From Candidatus Sumerlaeaceae bacterium (GTDB lineage Bacteria; Sumerlaeota; Sumerlaeia; Sumerlaeales; Sumerlaeaceae): 64,000 bases of DNA. Below are positions 37,627-49,700 of this stretch, piece after piece; position 1 is the stretch's first letter; the number at the start of each line of letters is the position of its first letter. A model generated the notes under the pieces. That model searched no databases and had not been told where the DNA came from. It saw only the letters and a program-made list of their open reading frames with translations. The DNA lies in NCBI GenBank assembly GCA_051003195.1, contig JBPCLP010000024.1, forward strand, positions 32,001 to 96,000. Reading direction: 5' to 3'. Both the position numbers and the translations under genes were made by a program.

Positions 37627-39216
37627 ATGCGTTTCGTACGTGTCTCGTCCATTTTTTTCGGCTCATGTCTGGTCGCAGGAAACCTCGCGAGCGGCAGCGA
37701 GAGCGGCACGTCGCTCCATGAGATAGCCGTGCAGGAATCGATGGTGCCCATTCGCCCGGGCGAGCTTGGGAAGTCGCCGTTTTGGAACGGCTCCGCAAGG
37801 CAGTTCACCACGGTGCCGGCGTTCGACTTTAAGCCAATAGCCGGTAGCACGGGTTATCGTTTCGTTTTAGAGGACGGTACGACTTCCCACACTTTTGAAT
37901 CGAATGCGCCCTGGGCCACTCTTCAGCCGGTGTGGGATCAGCTGTCTGCAGGCCTCACCACGGTCACAGTGGAAGCCCTCGTTAAACCCCACGGCCGCCC
38001 GATCGGCCTTGCGGGTCAGCGCGCATTCCACCGCGCGACGGTTTTTAATGGCCCCTACGGAAAACCCATATTGCCCTACGCCGAAAGCGCACGTGTTGCC
38101 CTGGATGGCATTCTCCGGGAGCCCTTCGTTCAGAACTGGTTCGCCACCGGCGAACCAGACACCAGCTACCCTTTGTATCGTTATTCTTCCAAGGTAATCG
38201 GAAGCCTGCTTACTGCGACTGCCTTATACGTGACACAGAAGCCCCGACCGGCGGATGCGGACCAGGCACTGAAAATAGGCAGCCGCGCCGCCGATTACCT
38301 GATCAGCTGCTCGCTTCCGCTAGGATCGCCACTGGCGCATTGCCCGCCGACTTACAATCGTGCACCGACAACCGAACGCGAGAACGACAACTGGAGCATG
38401 CTCATCTCGCCCGCCGAAGCTGGCAATGGCTTTCTCAACCTCTACGAGGTAACTACAGAACCGAGATATCTCGCGGCTGCTCGGCATTGTGCAGATGCGT
38501 ATCAGCGCACACAGCTTACTTCCGGCACTTGGTGGCTGAAAATCGATAATCGGACGGGTAAACCGCTCGCGCCAATCGAACTCATACCCTCCAATCCGAT
38601 CTTGTTCCTCGACCGGATGATCCGAATTTACGGGGATACGAGGTATCAGGCGACGCGCGACCGCGCTATCGAATGGATGATGCGCAACCCCGTGCGTACT
38701 TTTAACTGGCAGGCGCAGTTCGACGATGCAAAGCTGCGCGGCGCTTATGAAAACCTGGGCAAGCACGAAGCATGCGAGTTCGCGAACTACCTTTTCGACC
38801 TGCCCGGCAGCGACACGGCTCAACTTGCACTGGCGGAGGAACTGCTAAGATTTGCCGAGGACCAGTTTGTCACGTGGGAGAATCCGCCTCAACTCAAGCT
38901 CCGCTCCCAAAACCTGAAGCCCGAGTTCTGGATTCTTCCATGCTCGCTTGAGCAGTACGCCATGTTCGAGCCGATTTCCGGAAGCTCAGCGTTCATGATC
39001 ATGACATACGTTCGCGCCTACCGCGTCACAGGTAAACCCCTGTACATTGCAAAGGCCGAATCGCTGGCAAATGCGCTGACGGTCGCGCAGCACATGCACA
39101 ATGGCCGTTATCCCACGCGGATGGTGCCTCAGGATCTCGCTTATTGGGTGAACAGCTCGGTCAACTGCGTTCGTGCGATGCAGATGCTGGCTGCGGCGCG
39201 CGACGGGAAACAGTAG
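37627..39216 (+). CDS. Secreted hypothetical protein, probable (alpha/alpha)6-barrel carbohydrate-active enzyme
   Basis: Signal-like N-terminus and helical-hairpin repeats LYEVTTEPRYLAAA, IYGDTRYQAT and AYRVTGKPLYIAKA. Confidence 0.6.
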   Translation: MRFVRVSSIFFGSCLVAGNLASGSESGTSLHEIAVQESMVPIRPGELGKSPFWNGSARQFTTVPAFDFKPIAGSTGYRFVLEDGTTSHTFESNAPWATLQPVWDQLSAGLTTVTVEALVKPHGRPIGLAGQRAFHRATVFNGPYGKPILPYAESARVALDGILREPFVQNWFATGEPDTSYPLYRYSSKVIGSLLTATALYVTQKPRPADADQALKIGSRAADYLISCSLPLGSPLAHCPPTYNRAPTTERENDNWSMLISPAEAGNGFLNLYEVTTEPRYLAAARHCADAYQRTQLTSGTWWLKIDNRTGKPLAPIELIPSNPILFLDRMIRIYGDTRYQATRDRAIEWMMRNPVRTFNWQAQFDDAKLRGAYENLGKHEACEFANYLFDLPGSDTAQLALAEELLRFAEDQFVTWENPPQLKLRSQNLKPEFWILPCSLEQYAMFEPISGSSAFMIMTYVRAYRVTGKPLYIAKAESLANALTVAQHMHNGRYPTRMVPQDLAYWVNSSVNCVRAMQMLAAARDGKQ

Positions 39217-39317
39217 TCACAGTGCCTGCGTAGCTTCCGCGTGCTTTTGCTGAGCCCCGGACTTGACGTCAGCCCCGGCAACCTCGAATCCCGCATTTAC
39301 TCAGGAGATACCTACCG

Positions 39318-39680
39318 ATGAAACATGTAAAAAGCGGCCAGAGCCGCCGCAGGTTCGACGTGCTGCTGTCCAGCCTCGAGCTGCAATGTGCGAGGATGAC
39401 ATTACCGCCCGGCGGCGCCAGCGAAGATCAGCCGCACAACGAACACCCTGGATCTGAGCAATGGCTTTTCGTTATTTCCGGAACCGGGGAAGCGATCGCA
39501 AGACGTGGTCAAACGTACCGCCGAGTCGAGCTCGCTCCAAATTCTCTCGTGCTCATCGAAAAACGCGAGTTACACCAGATCCGCAATACCGGCCGTAAAC
39601 CGCTCGTCACCATCAACTTCTATTCTCCGCCAGCGTATACCGAGGACGGTGAACCGAAGCCGCGAAAAGGAAAGAAGTGA
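39318..39680 (+). CDS. Cupin-domain protein
   Basis: NEHPGSEQWLFVISGTG and ELHQIRNTG motifs. Confidence 0.9.
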   Translation: MKHVKSGQSRRRFDVLLSSLELQCARMTLPPGGASEDQPHNEHPGSEQWLFVISGTGEAIARRGQTYRRVELAPNSLVLIEKRELHQIRNTGRKPLVTINFYSPPAYTEDGEPKPRKGKK

Positions 39681-42600
39681 AAGCAATTGCGCGCAAACTT
39701 ACCCGGGGCCTTCTGCTATTGTTGATGATGAACGGAATGCCCGCCAGGTCTGCGCCTGCCGAAGCTTCGCAAATTCGCGTCAACAACCTGCGCTGCGAAT
39801 ATCTTACACAGCCGCTCGGCATTGACACCACTGCGCCGCGGCTGAGCTGGATCGTATCGTCGCCTGGAAGGGGAGAGGTGCAGTCCGCATGGCAGGTGCG
39901 GGTGGCGTCATCGCGCGAAGGTTTGGAACCGGGACCAGGCGATTTATGGGATTCCGGCAAAGTGGATGGAGCCGAGACTAATCAGATTGTGTACGCAGGT
40001 AAGCCACTCGTTTCCGGGCAGCGATGCTGGTGGAAGGTACGCAGTTGGGACCGCGAAGGCTTGCCGACACCATGGAGTGAACCGGCCTGGTGGGAAATGG
40101 CGCTGCTTGATTCCACAGACTGGAAAGCCAAATGGATCGGAACCGATCGTAAGATCGTACCCGTGATTGGGCTTGAAGGCGCTTCGTGGATTGCGCCGGC
40201 GGACAACGCGCCGACAACGGAGCCCATTACATATCGAAAGACTTTCGCAATGCCGGCGGGACGCAATGTTCTGACGGCCCGAATTCGTTTCGCATGCGAT
40301 CAGCCTGTCCACGTTTTCTGTAATGGGAAGCAGCTCGGCACCACCAGCGGCGACTGGCGCAGCCTCGATGTTTTTGAACCGGGACACACATTGCGCGTCG
40401 GAGAGAATATCATCGCTGCGCGTTTAGATCCAGGCGAGACTTCTGTGCCGTTGATCGGGCGCATCGAGGTAATCTCTGATTACGGCGGCCCCATTCGCCA
40501 CAATTCCGACAAGACCTGGTCGGTTCAAAGGGGACCCGTGCAGGACGAAGATTTGTCTACATCCACGGAGTCCAATGGCTGGTCGCCAGCCCGCGAAATC
40601 TGCAAATGGGGCGAAGGTGACAAGGTACCGGCCACAACACCAGATGCGCGTGTTAATGCCCATCCGGCCCCATTGCTGCGGCGCAGTTTTGATCTGAAGT
40701 CCGCTCCGCGAGCGGCACGCCTGCGTGTGTGTGGTATGGGCTATCATGATGTTTACCTTAACGGCCAAAGGGTTGGCGATCACGTCCTCGATCCTGCGTA
40801 CACCGATTACCGAAAGCGCCTGCTTTACGTAACACACGATGTCACCTCGCTGTTAAACCAGGGCCGTAATGCCGTTGGTGTGATGCTTGGTACCGGGTGG
40901 TACGACGTGCATACGCTGGCCGAGTGGAACTTCGATTCCGCATGGTGGCGCGCAACGCCGCGGGTGATAGTCCAACTGGAAATCGATATGGAGGACAGCA
41001 GCCGCGTTGTTATTGGCAGCAATAAGCAATGGAGGGTCGGCGAGGGTCCCGTTGTCTTCGACAGCATTTACGAAGGCGAAACCTATGATGCGCGCAGCGA
41101 AGTCCAGGGCTGGAGCACCGCCGAATTTAATGACAAGCCATGGAAGCCAGCAACCGAAGTGGACGCCCCCCGTGGCAATCTGCGCGCGCAACAGGTGCAG
41201 CCCATTCGCGCGACGAAGACGCTCGACGCTGTTCGCGTAACGGAGCCCCGACCCGGTGTCTACCTGTTCGATTTTGGACAGAACATGTCGGGCGTTCCGG
41301 TACTGTCGATCGAGGGGCCCGCGGGTACCAGCATCACAATGACGTGCGGCGAAAGGTTGAAGCCAGACGGCTCGCTGGAGCTGCATCCGATCGACGGTTT
41401 TACGCGCAAGCGCGACATGCGCCAGCGTTTCCAGGCGGATGTGTATATATTGAAAGGAGGCGCTCGCGAAACCTGGCAGCCGCGCTTCACATACCATGGA
41501 TTTCAGTACGTCGAAATCACTGGAGCACCTTTTCCGCTAGTCGCAGCAAATCTCCGCGCAAAAGTGCTGCACACCGACGTTCCCGCCGTGGGCGACTTTA
41601 CTTGCTCCAACGATCTTTTTAACAGGATCCAGCACAATACGCTCTGGTCGTACCTCAGCAATCTTATGGGCATTCCGACCGATTGTCCACACCGCGAGAA
41701 GAACGGCTGGACGGGCGATGCACATCTCGCATGGCACACCGGAAACTACAATTTCGACGGCGCAGCGTTCTATACAAAGTGGGTGAACGACCTTGCGGAC
41801 GCGCAGCGGCCGGACGGCGACTTACCCGGAATAGTTCCCAGCAATGGCTGGGGCTACGATCCATGGATCGGCCCTGCGTGGGACATGGCATACCTTCTTA
41901 TTCCATGGTACATGTATGAGTTCTACGGCGACACGCGTATACTGGAAGAGCACTATGACAATATGAAGCGCTACGTCGAGCTCTTGCGTACCCGCACAAA
42001 GGATGGCATCGTGACGTATGGACTCGGCGATTGGTGTCCCGCCGAAACCACGACAAGCAAAACTTTAACTTCGACCGCGTGCCTTTACAGGGATGCGCAA
42101 ATTCTCTCGGATACTGCTGCATTACTCGGGCGTACGGATGACGTGTCCCGCTATGCGGCGCTCGCCGACGAAACGCGCACCGCGTTCAACCGCGAATTCC
42201 TGGATCCCACAACCGGCCTGTACGATAACGGCAGCCAGACCGCGCAAGCCTGTGCATTATACGAGGACCTCGCTCCGCCCGATCACCGCGATCAAATTCT
42301 CGACAACCTCATCAAAGCAATTGAACGCAGTAACAACCACATCGACACCGGCATCCTCGGCGCAAAGTACCTGCCTAACGTCTTGATGCAGGCTGGCCGT
42401 ACGGATGTGACGTACGCAATGTTCAACCAGCGCACGCGCCCGAGCTACGGCTGGTGGATCGATCAGGGGGCCACGACCCTGTGGGAGCAGTGGAACGGCG
42501 ATGACTCACGCAATCACATCATGTTCGGCGAAATTGGCGCGTGGTTCTATAAGGCGCTCGCCGGTATTCGCTGCGCCGCGCCTGGATGGAAGAAGATTGA

Positions 42601-42928
42601 AATCAGGCCGCAAGTGCCGGACGATATGACATCAGCTGCCGGTCACTACGATTCCATAGCCGGACGAATTGCGAGTGCCTGGACGTTGGACAACGACACG
42701 TTTGAGTTGCGCGTGGAGATACCTGCCAACACCTCGGCCACCGTCGCGATTCCGACTGCTGACGCGAACCAGGTGCGCGAGGCCGACGGTCCTGCGTCCA
42801 GCGCCGAAGGCGTGCACCTGCTCCGCATCGAAACCTCCAACTCGCACGATCCACGCGTGCTGTTCGAAGTCGGCTCCGGTAGCTACCTGTTCCGTGCGCC
42901 AATGGCCAGAACGAAGCGGGCGAAATAG
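39677..42928 (+). CDS. Alpha-L-rhamnosidase (GH78)
   Basis: LRCEYL..PLGID..PRLSW, PLLRRSF, FDFGQN, FTYHGFQY, PTDCPHREKNGWTGD, GATTLWEQW and SRNHIMFG. Confidence 0.95.
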   Translation: MKAIARKLTRGLLLLLMMNGMPARSAPAEASQIRVNNLRCEYLTQPLGIDTTAPRLSWIVSSPGRGEVQSAWQVRVASSREGLEPGPGDLWDSGKVDGAETNQIVYAGKPLVSGQRCWWKVRSWDREGLPTPWSEPAWWEMALLDSTDWKAKWIGTDRKIVPVIGLEGASWIAPADNAPTTEPITYRKTFAMPAGRNVLTARIRFACDQPVHVFCNGKQLGTTSGDWRSLDVFEPGHTLRVGENIIAARLDPGETSVPLIGRIEVISDYGGPIRHNSDKTWSVQRGPVQDEDLSTSTESNGWSPAREICKWGEGDKVPATTPDARVNAHPAPLLRRSFDLKSAPRAARLRVCGMGYHDVYLNGQRVGDHVLDPAYTDYRKRLLYVTHDVTSLLNQGRNAVGVMLGTGWYDVHTLAEWNFDSAWWRATPRVIVQLEIDMEDSSRVVIGSNKQWRVGEGPVVFDSIYEGETYDARSEVQGWSTAEFNDKPWKPATEVDAPRGNLRAQQVQPIRATKTLDAVRVTEPRPGVYLFDFGQNMSGVPVLSIEGPAGTSITMTCGERLKPDGSLELHPIDGFTRKRDMRQRFQADVYILKGGARETWQPRFTYHGFQYVEITGAPFPLVAANLRAKVLHTDVPAVGDFTCSNDLFNRIQHNTLWSYLSNLMGIPTDCPHREKNGWTGDAHLAWHTGNYNFDGAAFYTKWVNDLADAQRPDGDLPGIVPSNGWGYDPWIGPAWDMAYLLIPWYMYEFYGDTRILEEHYDNMKRYVELLRTRTKDGIVTYGLGDWCPAETTTSKTLTSTACLYRDAQILSDTAALLGRTDDVSRYAALADETRTAFNREFLDPTTGLYDNGSQTAQACALYEDLAPPDHRDQILDNLIKAIERSNNHIDTGILGAKYLPNVLMQAGRTDVTYAMFNQRTRPSYGWWIDQGATTLWEQWNGDDSRNHIMFGEIGAWFYKALAGIRCAAPGWKKIEIRPQVPDDMTSAAGHYDSIAGRIASAWTLDNDTFELRVEIPANTSATVAIPTADANQVREADGPASSAEGVHLLRIETSNSHDPRVLFEVGSGSYLFRAPMARTKRAK

Positions 42929-42936
42929 GAACAACG

Positions 42937-43635
42937 TTGACGGCCGCCGTTAAAACTGAATCCGGGAACAAACCCGAGCGGCCCGCGGTGTTCATCGTCA
43001 CGAACCCGGCGAAGTGCTCCGACTGTGCCGTCGAAATATGCGCCGGCGATTCTCTTTTCAAGGAAGGCCCGCGCGTGCTTTGCATGGAATGTGCTGACCT
43101 GGATCACCTCTGGTTTTTGCCGAGCGGCGATGCTGCCCTCACCCGCCGCGCAACGAAATACTCCACCCTGAGCGCGGTTGTACTCAAGTGGAGCCGCTCG
43201 CGAAAACAGTACGAGCGTCAGGGCATTCTGGTGGAAGAACAGGCGATTGAGCGCGCCGAAACCGACTGCCAGGCCGATGCCGAGTTGCGCGAAAGCCGCC
43301 GACGGCGCCAGCAACAAAAACGCCAGCTACAGGACGGCGAGTACGTAACGCAGTTCCAGGCTAACATTCTCACCGAGTTCCCCACCTGCCCACCAGCGGT
43401 GGCGGGCGCAATTGCGCTGCATGCTTGCCGGAAATACAGCGGGCGCGTGGGCAGGTCGGCAGCTGCCAGGCGTTTCGATCCCAAGGCAATTCTTCTGGCC
43501 GTCCGAGCGCATGTCCGCCACAACTTTACAGCGTATGATCATCTGCTTGCGCGCGGAACTCCCCGGCAACTGGCACGGTGTGAGGTGGAGGAAGAGCAGG
43601 AGAAGGTACTGGCGCGCTGGCGCCGCAGATCCTGA
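42937..43635 (+). CDS. DUF2293-domain protein with N-terminal Cys motifs
   Basis: CSDC...CMEC, SGDAALTRRA, YERQG and SGRVGRSA...AVRAHVRH..T.YD.LL. Confidence 0.85.
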   Translation: MTAAVKTESGNKPERPAVFIVTNPAKCSDCAVEICAGDSLFKEGPRVLCMECADLDHLWFLPSGDAALTRRATKYSTLSAVVLKWSRSRKQYERQGILVEEQAIERAETDCQADAELRESRRRRQQQKRQLQDGEYVTQFQANILTEFPTCPPAVAGAIALHACRKYSGRVGRSAAARRFDPKAILLAVRAHVRHNFTAYDHLLARGTPRQLARCEVEEEQEKVLARWRRRS

Positions 43636-43754
43636 GGCTACAGCGGACGTCCTATTAGTTCCAAATTGCGTAACTTGACACGCAATAAGTTCGACTGCCG
43701 TACTTTCCCCGCGTTGCTCACTTTCCTGGTCCCCGGAAAAACCCAGAGGTAAAA

Positions 43755-46703
43755 ATGAAACAGTGTGGATGGATGCCTTTTGCCAGTACTTTGATTGTAT
43801 TTCTATGCACCGTCCAGGTTGCGCCAGCGGCCTTAGTCATCGAAAAGGTACTGCCATTCGCCACGGAGCGCGAACTGCGAGTCCAGGTTGTGTTGAAGAG
43901 CGATAAACCCGGCGTGATCGACGTCGTTGGTAAAATCGTACCAGCAACCCCACAATCAGATGCGGCATTCTGGGAGGGGTCCCTGGGTAATCCGGCGGCA
44001 AGCGCGGGCGCTCCGATCCTTGTCGAGCAGACCATCCGCGAATTGCGGCCGAAACTCTGGTCACCTGGATCCCCCAACCTTTACAATCTCGTCATCAGCG
44101 CAAAGCAGGGAAGTGACAGCGTCCAGGGCCAGCCGCTGCGCTTTGGCTTTCGCTCCGTCACCACAAAGGAAGGACAAATTCTACTCAACGGTAAACCGAT
44201 TTTTCTTAAAGGCATCGCCATCAATCCGCCCGGCCGTGATATACCCGATGACGTTGGCTACAGCCGCCAGTTTGCATATGAATACGTGCGATACTTGCGA
44301 TCGCAGAACGTAAATCTGATCAGGATGACCTTCGACTTCAAACGCGAAGATCGCCAGCAGGTGTGGTTTGATGCCTGCGACGAACTTGGAATGATGGTCA
44401 ACCAGGGCTGCTACGGTGGTCCTCCCGGCCTTGGGAAAAAAGGACCTTCCTTCGACCCGGAGGAGCAGCAGGATCTCTTCGCCGGCAAAAGCCCCAACGC
44501 GCCTCAAACCAGCAAGAGCGCGCCGCCAACGGAATTTGAAACCTCGGTAAAAGCGTACATTGATGTCTTTGAGACGTATGTGCGCCATCCATCTGTTGTC
44601 ATTTACATCCTGTCCAACGAGTTGCCCGGCCCTGTCGGGTCCAAACCAGAGTGGCATGACTACCTGACAAAAGTCGATGCGCGCATCAACATGTGGGATC
44701 CCACCAGGATTGTTATAGGCAACGCTGGGTACGGCCTTGGTCGCGAAGGCGACATTAACGACATTCATCGCTATTGGGGCTGGTACTATAACTCCTTCCT
44801 CACATACTTTAATCTACGCGACACCGTCACCTTGTTCGGCGCGTCGACGGATAAACAGCCGTTTACATTCAGCGAATGTGTCGGATCGTTTACCTCGCCG
44901 CTGGGTCCCTTCAATTCAATCTTCCGGAAGCAGCTCGCCCCTCAGCTCGGCTGGACCGGCCACTCGGGCGATCAGGCAAAGGAGGCGCTCGCTTACCAGT
45001 CCTTTATGATTAAGCACGCGGTGGAATCCTTTCGCACCATGCGAGAACAGAACCACCGCATTGCCGGCCTCATGCCATTCAGTATCATGTTTTTCAACTG
45101 GGAAGGCATCCGCTCTTTCGATCAAATGAAGCCGAAGCCCGCCTTGGAACAAATGGGGGTCTCGTACTCTCCCGTGCTGACGAGCATCGAGTTGTGGACG
45201 CCGCAAGTATACGCAGGCAGTAAGATTCGCCCGGTGATTCATGTGGTGAATGACGCGGAAGACTTTTCCGACCTCTCCGATGCACTACTGAAGGTCGAGT
45301 TGGAAGCGCCCGGAAAAACTGCCGCCTGGAGCAACACATACCCACTGCCAAAGCTCGACTATTTCGCAGCGCGCGGCTTCACGATTGACGTAGAACTTCC
45401 CAGCCTTGCCACCGGCGATTATGTGCTTCGTGCAACGGTGCAGAAAAACGGTAAGGCTATTTCTCAAAACTGGGAGACGATATATATTAGCGCTCCCAGA
45501 ACGGTTCCGGCAAATGCGTCCACAGCTCCACTCCCGATTTTTGACCCACGCGGAGCTACGGTCAATGCCCTTTCTGCATTGGGAATCCGCACGCAACTGC
45601 TTACCGATCTGCAAACGATTCCATCCGCTGCCACGCACCTGATCATCGCGGAAGAAGCCTTCTCTGCGTCGACGCCTCTTCCGGCCGTCAAGAACTTCGT
45701 CGCCCGCGGTGGACGTGTGCTCTGCCTTGCGCAAAACGCCGCGAAATTTGACGCAGCATGGCTGCCGTCGAAGATTCAGATGTTACAAGGAACAGCGACC
45801 GATCCTACTTATACTCCTAAAATCCGCCCTACAGCCGACCAGCAAAACATCAATCCCGAGCGTCCATGGCATCCGGTGTTCAACGGTATTGGCCGTGAGC
45901 GACTGCGGCTGTGGTCAGACTATACCGGTTGGGATCAGTCTAAGAAGGGCTTTCCAAAGGTATACCCTGTGACGCATGGCTTTAAGTTGCTGGACGACAA
46001 GGACCTGGGGAAAACTGCCATTCTTGCTGATTATGACAGGGGGCTCGAGGGAATCGCGATCGCCGAGATGTTTGAAGAGAAGGGCTCTGTCGTGTTTACC
46101 GGCCTCGACCTTGTCAATCGCGCCGGACTCGATCCTGTGGCCGACCAGATGCTGGTCAACCTCGTCTCCTACCTGGGCGCCGCGGAACATGAGGTGCTCC
46201 CGTTGATCGAGAAGCCGATCACGTGGGGTGACTACCCGACGGAGCGCGGCGTGCTGACCGGGCCAATTCATGGGCTCATCTATAACTGCCGCTGGATGCC
46301 GCCGCCAACTGCCCCCGGTGCAAAGCCGTATCCTGATAACACCGGCGCGTGGAACACGCATCCCGGTAACCCGTTCCTGCCAAAAGGTGTTCGGCCATTT
46401 GGTCCGTACACATGGTCGACTGGAGCAAGTCCGCGCGAAGAATCGAAGGACAAAACTGGCACCGGAGTTTTTCACTGCCGCGTTCCTGATGGGCGAAAAT
46501 TCGTGCAGACCAAAGTCGAGAACACCCAGGCCGAACCACTAACGTTGCATGTCAGTGTAAACGGTGCACCTGCGCAAGCTACGAACGTTGCGCCGGGGAA
46601 GGCGATCACAGTTCGTACTCCCATCGGCGGCGGTACTTCGCACTTATCGGTGCGATATACCGGCGACAAACAGCTCGTGATACTGGAGACTGCGTTTCAG
46701 TAG
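43755..46703 (+). CDS. Secreted GH2-like glycoside hydrolase
   Basis: LWSPGSPNLY, FGFRSV, LNGKPIFLKG, ACDELGMMV, HPSVVIYILSNE (acid/base) and FTFSECVG (nucleophile). Confidence 0.85.
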   Translation: MKQCGWMPFASTLIVFLCTVQVAPAALVIEKVLPFATERELRVQVVLKSDKPGVIDVVGKIVPATPQSDAAFWEGSLGNPAASAGAPILVEQTIRELRPKLWSPGSPNLYNLVISAKQGSDSVQGQPLRFGFRSVTTKEGQILLNGKPIFLKGIAINPPGRDIPDDVGYSRQFAYEYVRYLRSQNVNLIRMTFDFKREDRQQVWFDACDELGMMVNQGCYGGPPGLGKKGPSFDPEEQQDLFAGKSPNAPQTSKSAPPTEFETSVKAYIDVFETYVRHPSVVIYILSNELPGPVGSKPEWHDYLTKVDARINMWDPTRIVIGNAGYGLGREGDINDIHRYWGWYYNSFLTYFNLRDTVTLFGASTDKQPFTFSECVGSFTSPLGPFNSIFRKQLAPQLGWTGHSGDQAKEALAYQSFMIKHAVESFRTMREQNHRIAGLMPFSIMFFNWEGIRSFDQMKPKPALEQMGVSYSPVLTSIELWTPQVYAGSKIRPVIHVVNDAEDFSDLSDALLKVELEAPGKTAAWSNTYPLPKLDYFAARGFTIDVELPSLATGDYVLRATVQKNGKAISQNWETIYISAPRTVPANASTAPLPIFDPRGATVNALSALGIRTQLLTDLQTIPSAATHLIIAEEAFSASTPLPAVKNFVARGGRVLCLAQNAAKFDAAWLPSKIQMLQGTATDPTYTPKIRPTADQQNINPERPWHPVFNGIGRERLRLWSDYTGWDQSKKGFPKVYPVTHGFKLLDDKDLGKTAILADYDRGLEGIAIAEMFEEKGSVVFTGLDLVNRAGLDPVADQMLVNLVSYLGAAEHEVLPLIEKPITWGDYPTERGVLTGPIHGLIYNCRWMPPPTAPGAKPYPDNTGAWNTHPGNPFLPKGVRPFGPYTWSTGASPREESKDKTGTGVFHCRVPDGRKFVQTKVENTQAEPLTLHVSVNGAPAQATNVAPGKAITVRTPIGGGTSHLSVRYTGDKQLVILETAFQ

Positions 46704-46720
46704 CACCGGCACCGGTGTCC

Positions 46721-49700
46721 TTACTCCAGCTTTAGTACCAGGTCTACTGGCTGATGGGCGACGACACTTGTGTTGCCCTTGACCGGAGTTTTGCCCGACG
46801 ACATTGCTGTGGCCGAATACGTGCCGGGGTACAGCCCACGAATAACCCAAAGGCCCGAGCCATCCGTTTTCCCGCGTCGCGGTTGCTCTATTGATTTCGG
46901 GTCGTCTGGAGTAAGCGTGCAGTCGGCATTCGCAACCGGTCCACCATTTGCATCCTGAACAGCTAAACGCACAGCTCCTGCCTCGTAAAGTACGTCCTCA
47001 ATATTTACCGTTTTACCAGCTTCGATCGTGACCTGGCGCTCCGAAACTGCGAAGCCGAACGAGCTCACCTGTACGCGATACGTGGCTGCGGGAATGTCCT
47101 TAATCGTCATGACTCCGTCGTCGCCGCGCTGGTCGCTGGTGCTCAGCTTTTCATCACCATTCCACAGGATGCACCACGCCTCCTTGATGGGCCCGCCTGT
47201 AGTCATGTTCAGCGCAGTCGAAACCAGCGTGCCCGTTTCAATCGGCTGCAACGTAAGTGTGACCTTCTCGGAGGAGCCTTCTTCCGGAACCTCAACACCT
47301 TCCGCCTTTGCTTTGCCCGTCGCCTTTTTCTCCGCTACAACTGTGTACTTGCCGGGTTCCATGTCTGGCAGTTCGAATGCCCCATCAATGCCGGTGTGCA
47401 CTCCGCGACCGCTGTTATAATTACCGGGAAGCACGTCGTTCCACGCCGCATACTGCGACCTCAGAACTTTTGCCGAGACGCCTGCGCCCGCCACCGGCTT
47501 TCCGTCTGGATCCAGTACGATCCCAACTATTTTCCCCGATGCCAGTATAAACGTTTTTTCGACCGTCCCCGTGTCGGGAAGCTGCACGGTATCCGTTTTG
47601 TACCCGTGGGTCTGGGAGTTAATGGATATATTCCATTTGCCAGGCGAGAGACTCGTCAGCTCAAAGCGGCCATCGCTGTCGGTAGAGACGTTCCGGTTAA
47701 GTCTCTGCGCATAGGAACCCTGCTGGAGGCTGATACTCGCCTCCACTGGCACGTTTGAATGAAGCACCTGTCCCTTCAGCGTTACACTCCCCAGCCGAAT
47801 CGTTACCTCTTTCGATTCGGAAGCTTCGAGTATGACGCTGAGATTAGCGTTCCGTCCTGCGTTGAGACTGTAGTGGTCGTTTGGCAGCTTGATGAATTCA
47901 AAAGCTCCGTTTGCGCCTGAAACAACGGTTTTGGATACGCCGCTTCGATTTCCCGTTAAACTGATGCGCGTGCCCCCTACAGGCTTATCGCCCGGCATGC
48001 GCACAACGCGGCCCAGGATGCGTGCTCCTGTATCCAGGCCTACATCGCCCATATCGGCCGGCGTCCCCGTCTCGACGGCAACATCGAGATAGAGGGGTGA
48101 GTACGGATCAGAAGGTTTGAAGGATACCGTATTGTTGCCGGCCGCAGCACCCGGCAACTCGAAACGGCCGTCGCTGGCACTAGTGGTCTGAGCCGGCTGC
48201 TGCCTTTCCTGCCCGCCCATGTAATAGGCATAGTTCTGCTGAATACCGATCAACGTGACTTCCACGTTCGCGAGCGGCTGTTTCGTCTCCTTGTCGACGA
48301 CCCGACCCCGGACCACGGAGGCCGGTGCGAGGTGAAAAGTCTGCTCTGCTGGGTTTTTGCCGTTCAGATTCACGCGCTCAGTAACAGCGACATAGCCCGG
48401 CGCAGCGATGGTGATATTTGAGAGTTCCCGCCCCGATTTGACCAGAACGCGGAATTGGGACGGATTTTCTGCGACCTTTTCTACAGTCGGCCCTTTCACC
48501 TCGAAGTCCGTAATCGGGCGCTCGGTCGTTCTTTCCAGCACCGTGCCGATAAAGGTAATTGTCTTTTGTTCGCCGAGCGTGAAGTTCACATCTGGATTGC
48601 TCAGCTGGATTCCATCTTTGCTCTCGCTCTTATACGTAGAATGCGAAGCGGACAGGCTCATGAGTGTTCGTGGAAGCTTCTCGAGCCGGTACCGACCCGC
48701 GGAATCCGTCTCCGTCGTAAACATTTCCACACTGCCACCCATTCGCGCATCGGCACGCACCGCCGCACCTGCCAGCGGCTGCTGTGCTTCGTTGGTGACT
48801 ATGCCTGCGACGTAGCGCGGATTTTCAACCATGAGTCGCAATCCCGATGTCGTTTCGGCTGCTGCCAGTCTGAAACGCTGAGGGAAGCTTTTGAGATATC
48901 CCTCCGCAGTGGCAACTAGCTCCATTTCCCCTGGCCGAACGATCGGGATAGAGAACGCACCTTTCAAATCCCCCTTCGCCTGGGCGAGCGACTTACCACT
49001 GGCGTTGAAAGCCATGAGTTCCCTATTGTAGGTTCGATCGTCCCGCGGCTGCAGAGCCTCCACGACGGCATTTGGGACCGGTGTGCCTTCCTCTGTGACA
49101 ACGGTGCCCCGAATGCGCGCACCTTGCTTCAACACAATCTTCGTACCCGTGACCGATTCGTCGCCGATCTCGAATGCGGCCTCGACCGAGGGGAAGTCCG
49201 GAGCCTCTGCTACTAGCGCCACACTGGACAATGGAGAGACGAGCAACTCGAATTTTCCAGATGAATCCACGGCCTGCTTGATGGGCTTTTCCTGCGTGCG
49301 GCTGGCTGCCTTCGCAACGGTGCCATTGGTAACAGGCATTCCATCTTCCGTTACCACATTACCTGACAACGTAACTTGCGGTAGCATGTCGATCGTGCGG
49401 CTGAGATTGAAGTCTTCCTTCGGAAGCATCAGCTCCAGGCCGTTATCAACGCCGCTGCCCTGCGCTGTTGCCTTATAGCCTTCACCATCGCATACGCTGT
49501 AACCTGCAAGGCTGGCCCTCAGGTATGCACGGTCATTTCCATACGGGAATAGATTCTCCAGGTGAAATTGCCCGCTCGCATCGCTTTCGATAGAGCTGCT
49601 CTTTCCCGGGGCATTCGTTACGAGCGAGCTGACAACCGCGCCTGCCAGCGGTTTAAAAGTCTTACCGTCACGAAGGAAACCTGTGAGCGTATAGCCGCTG

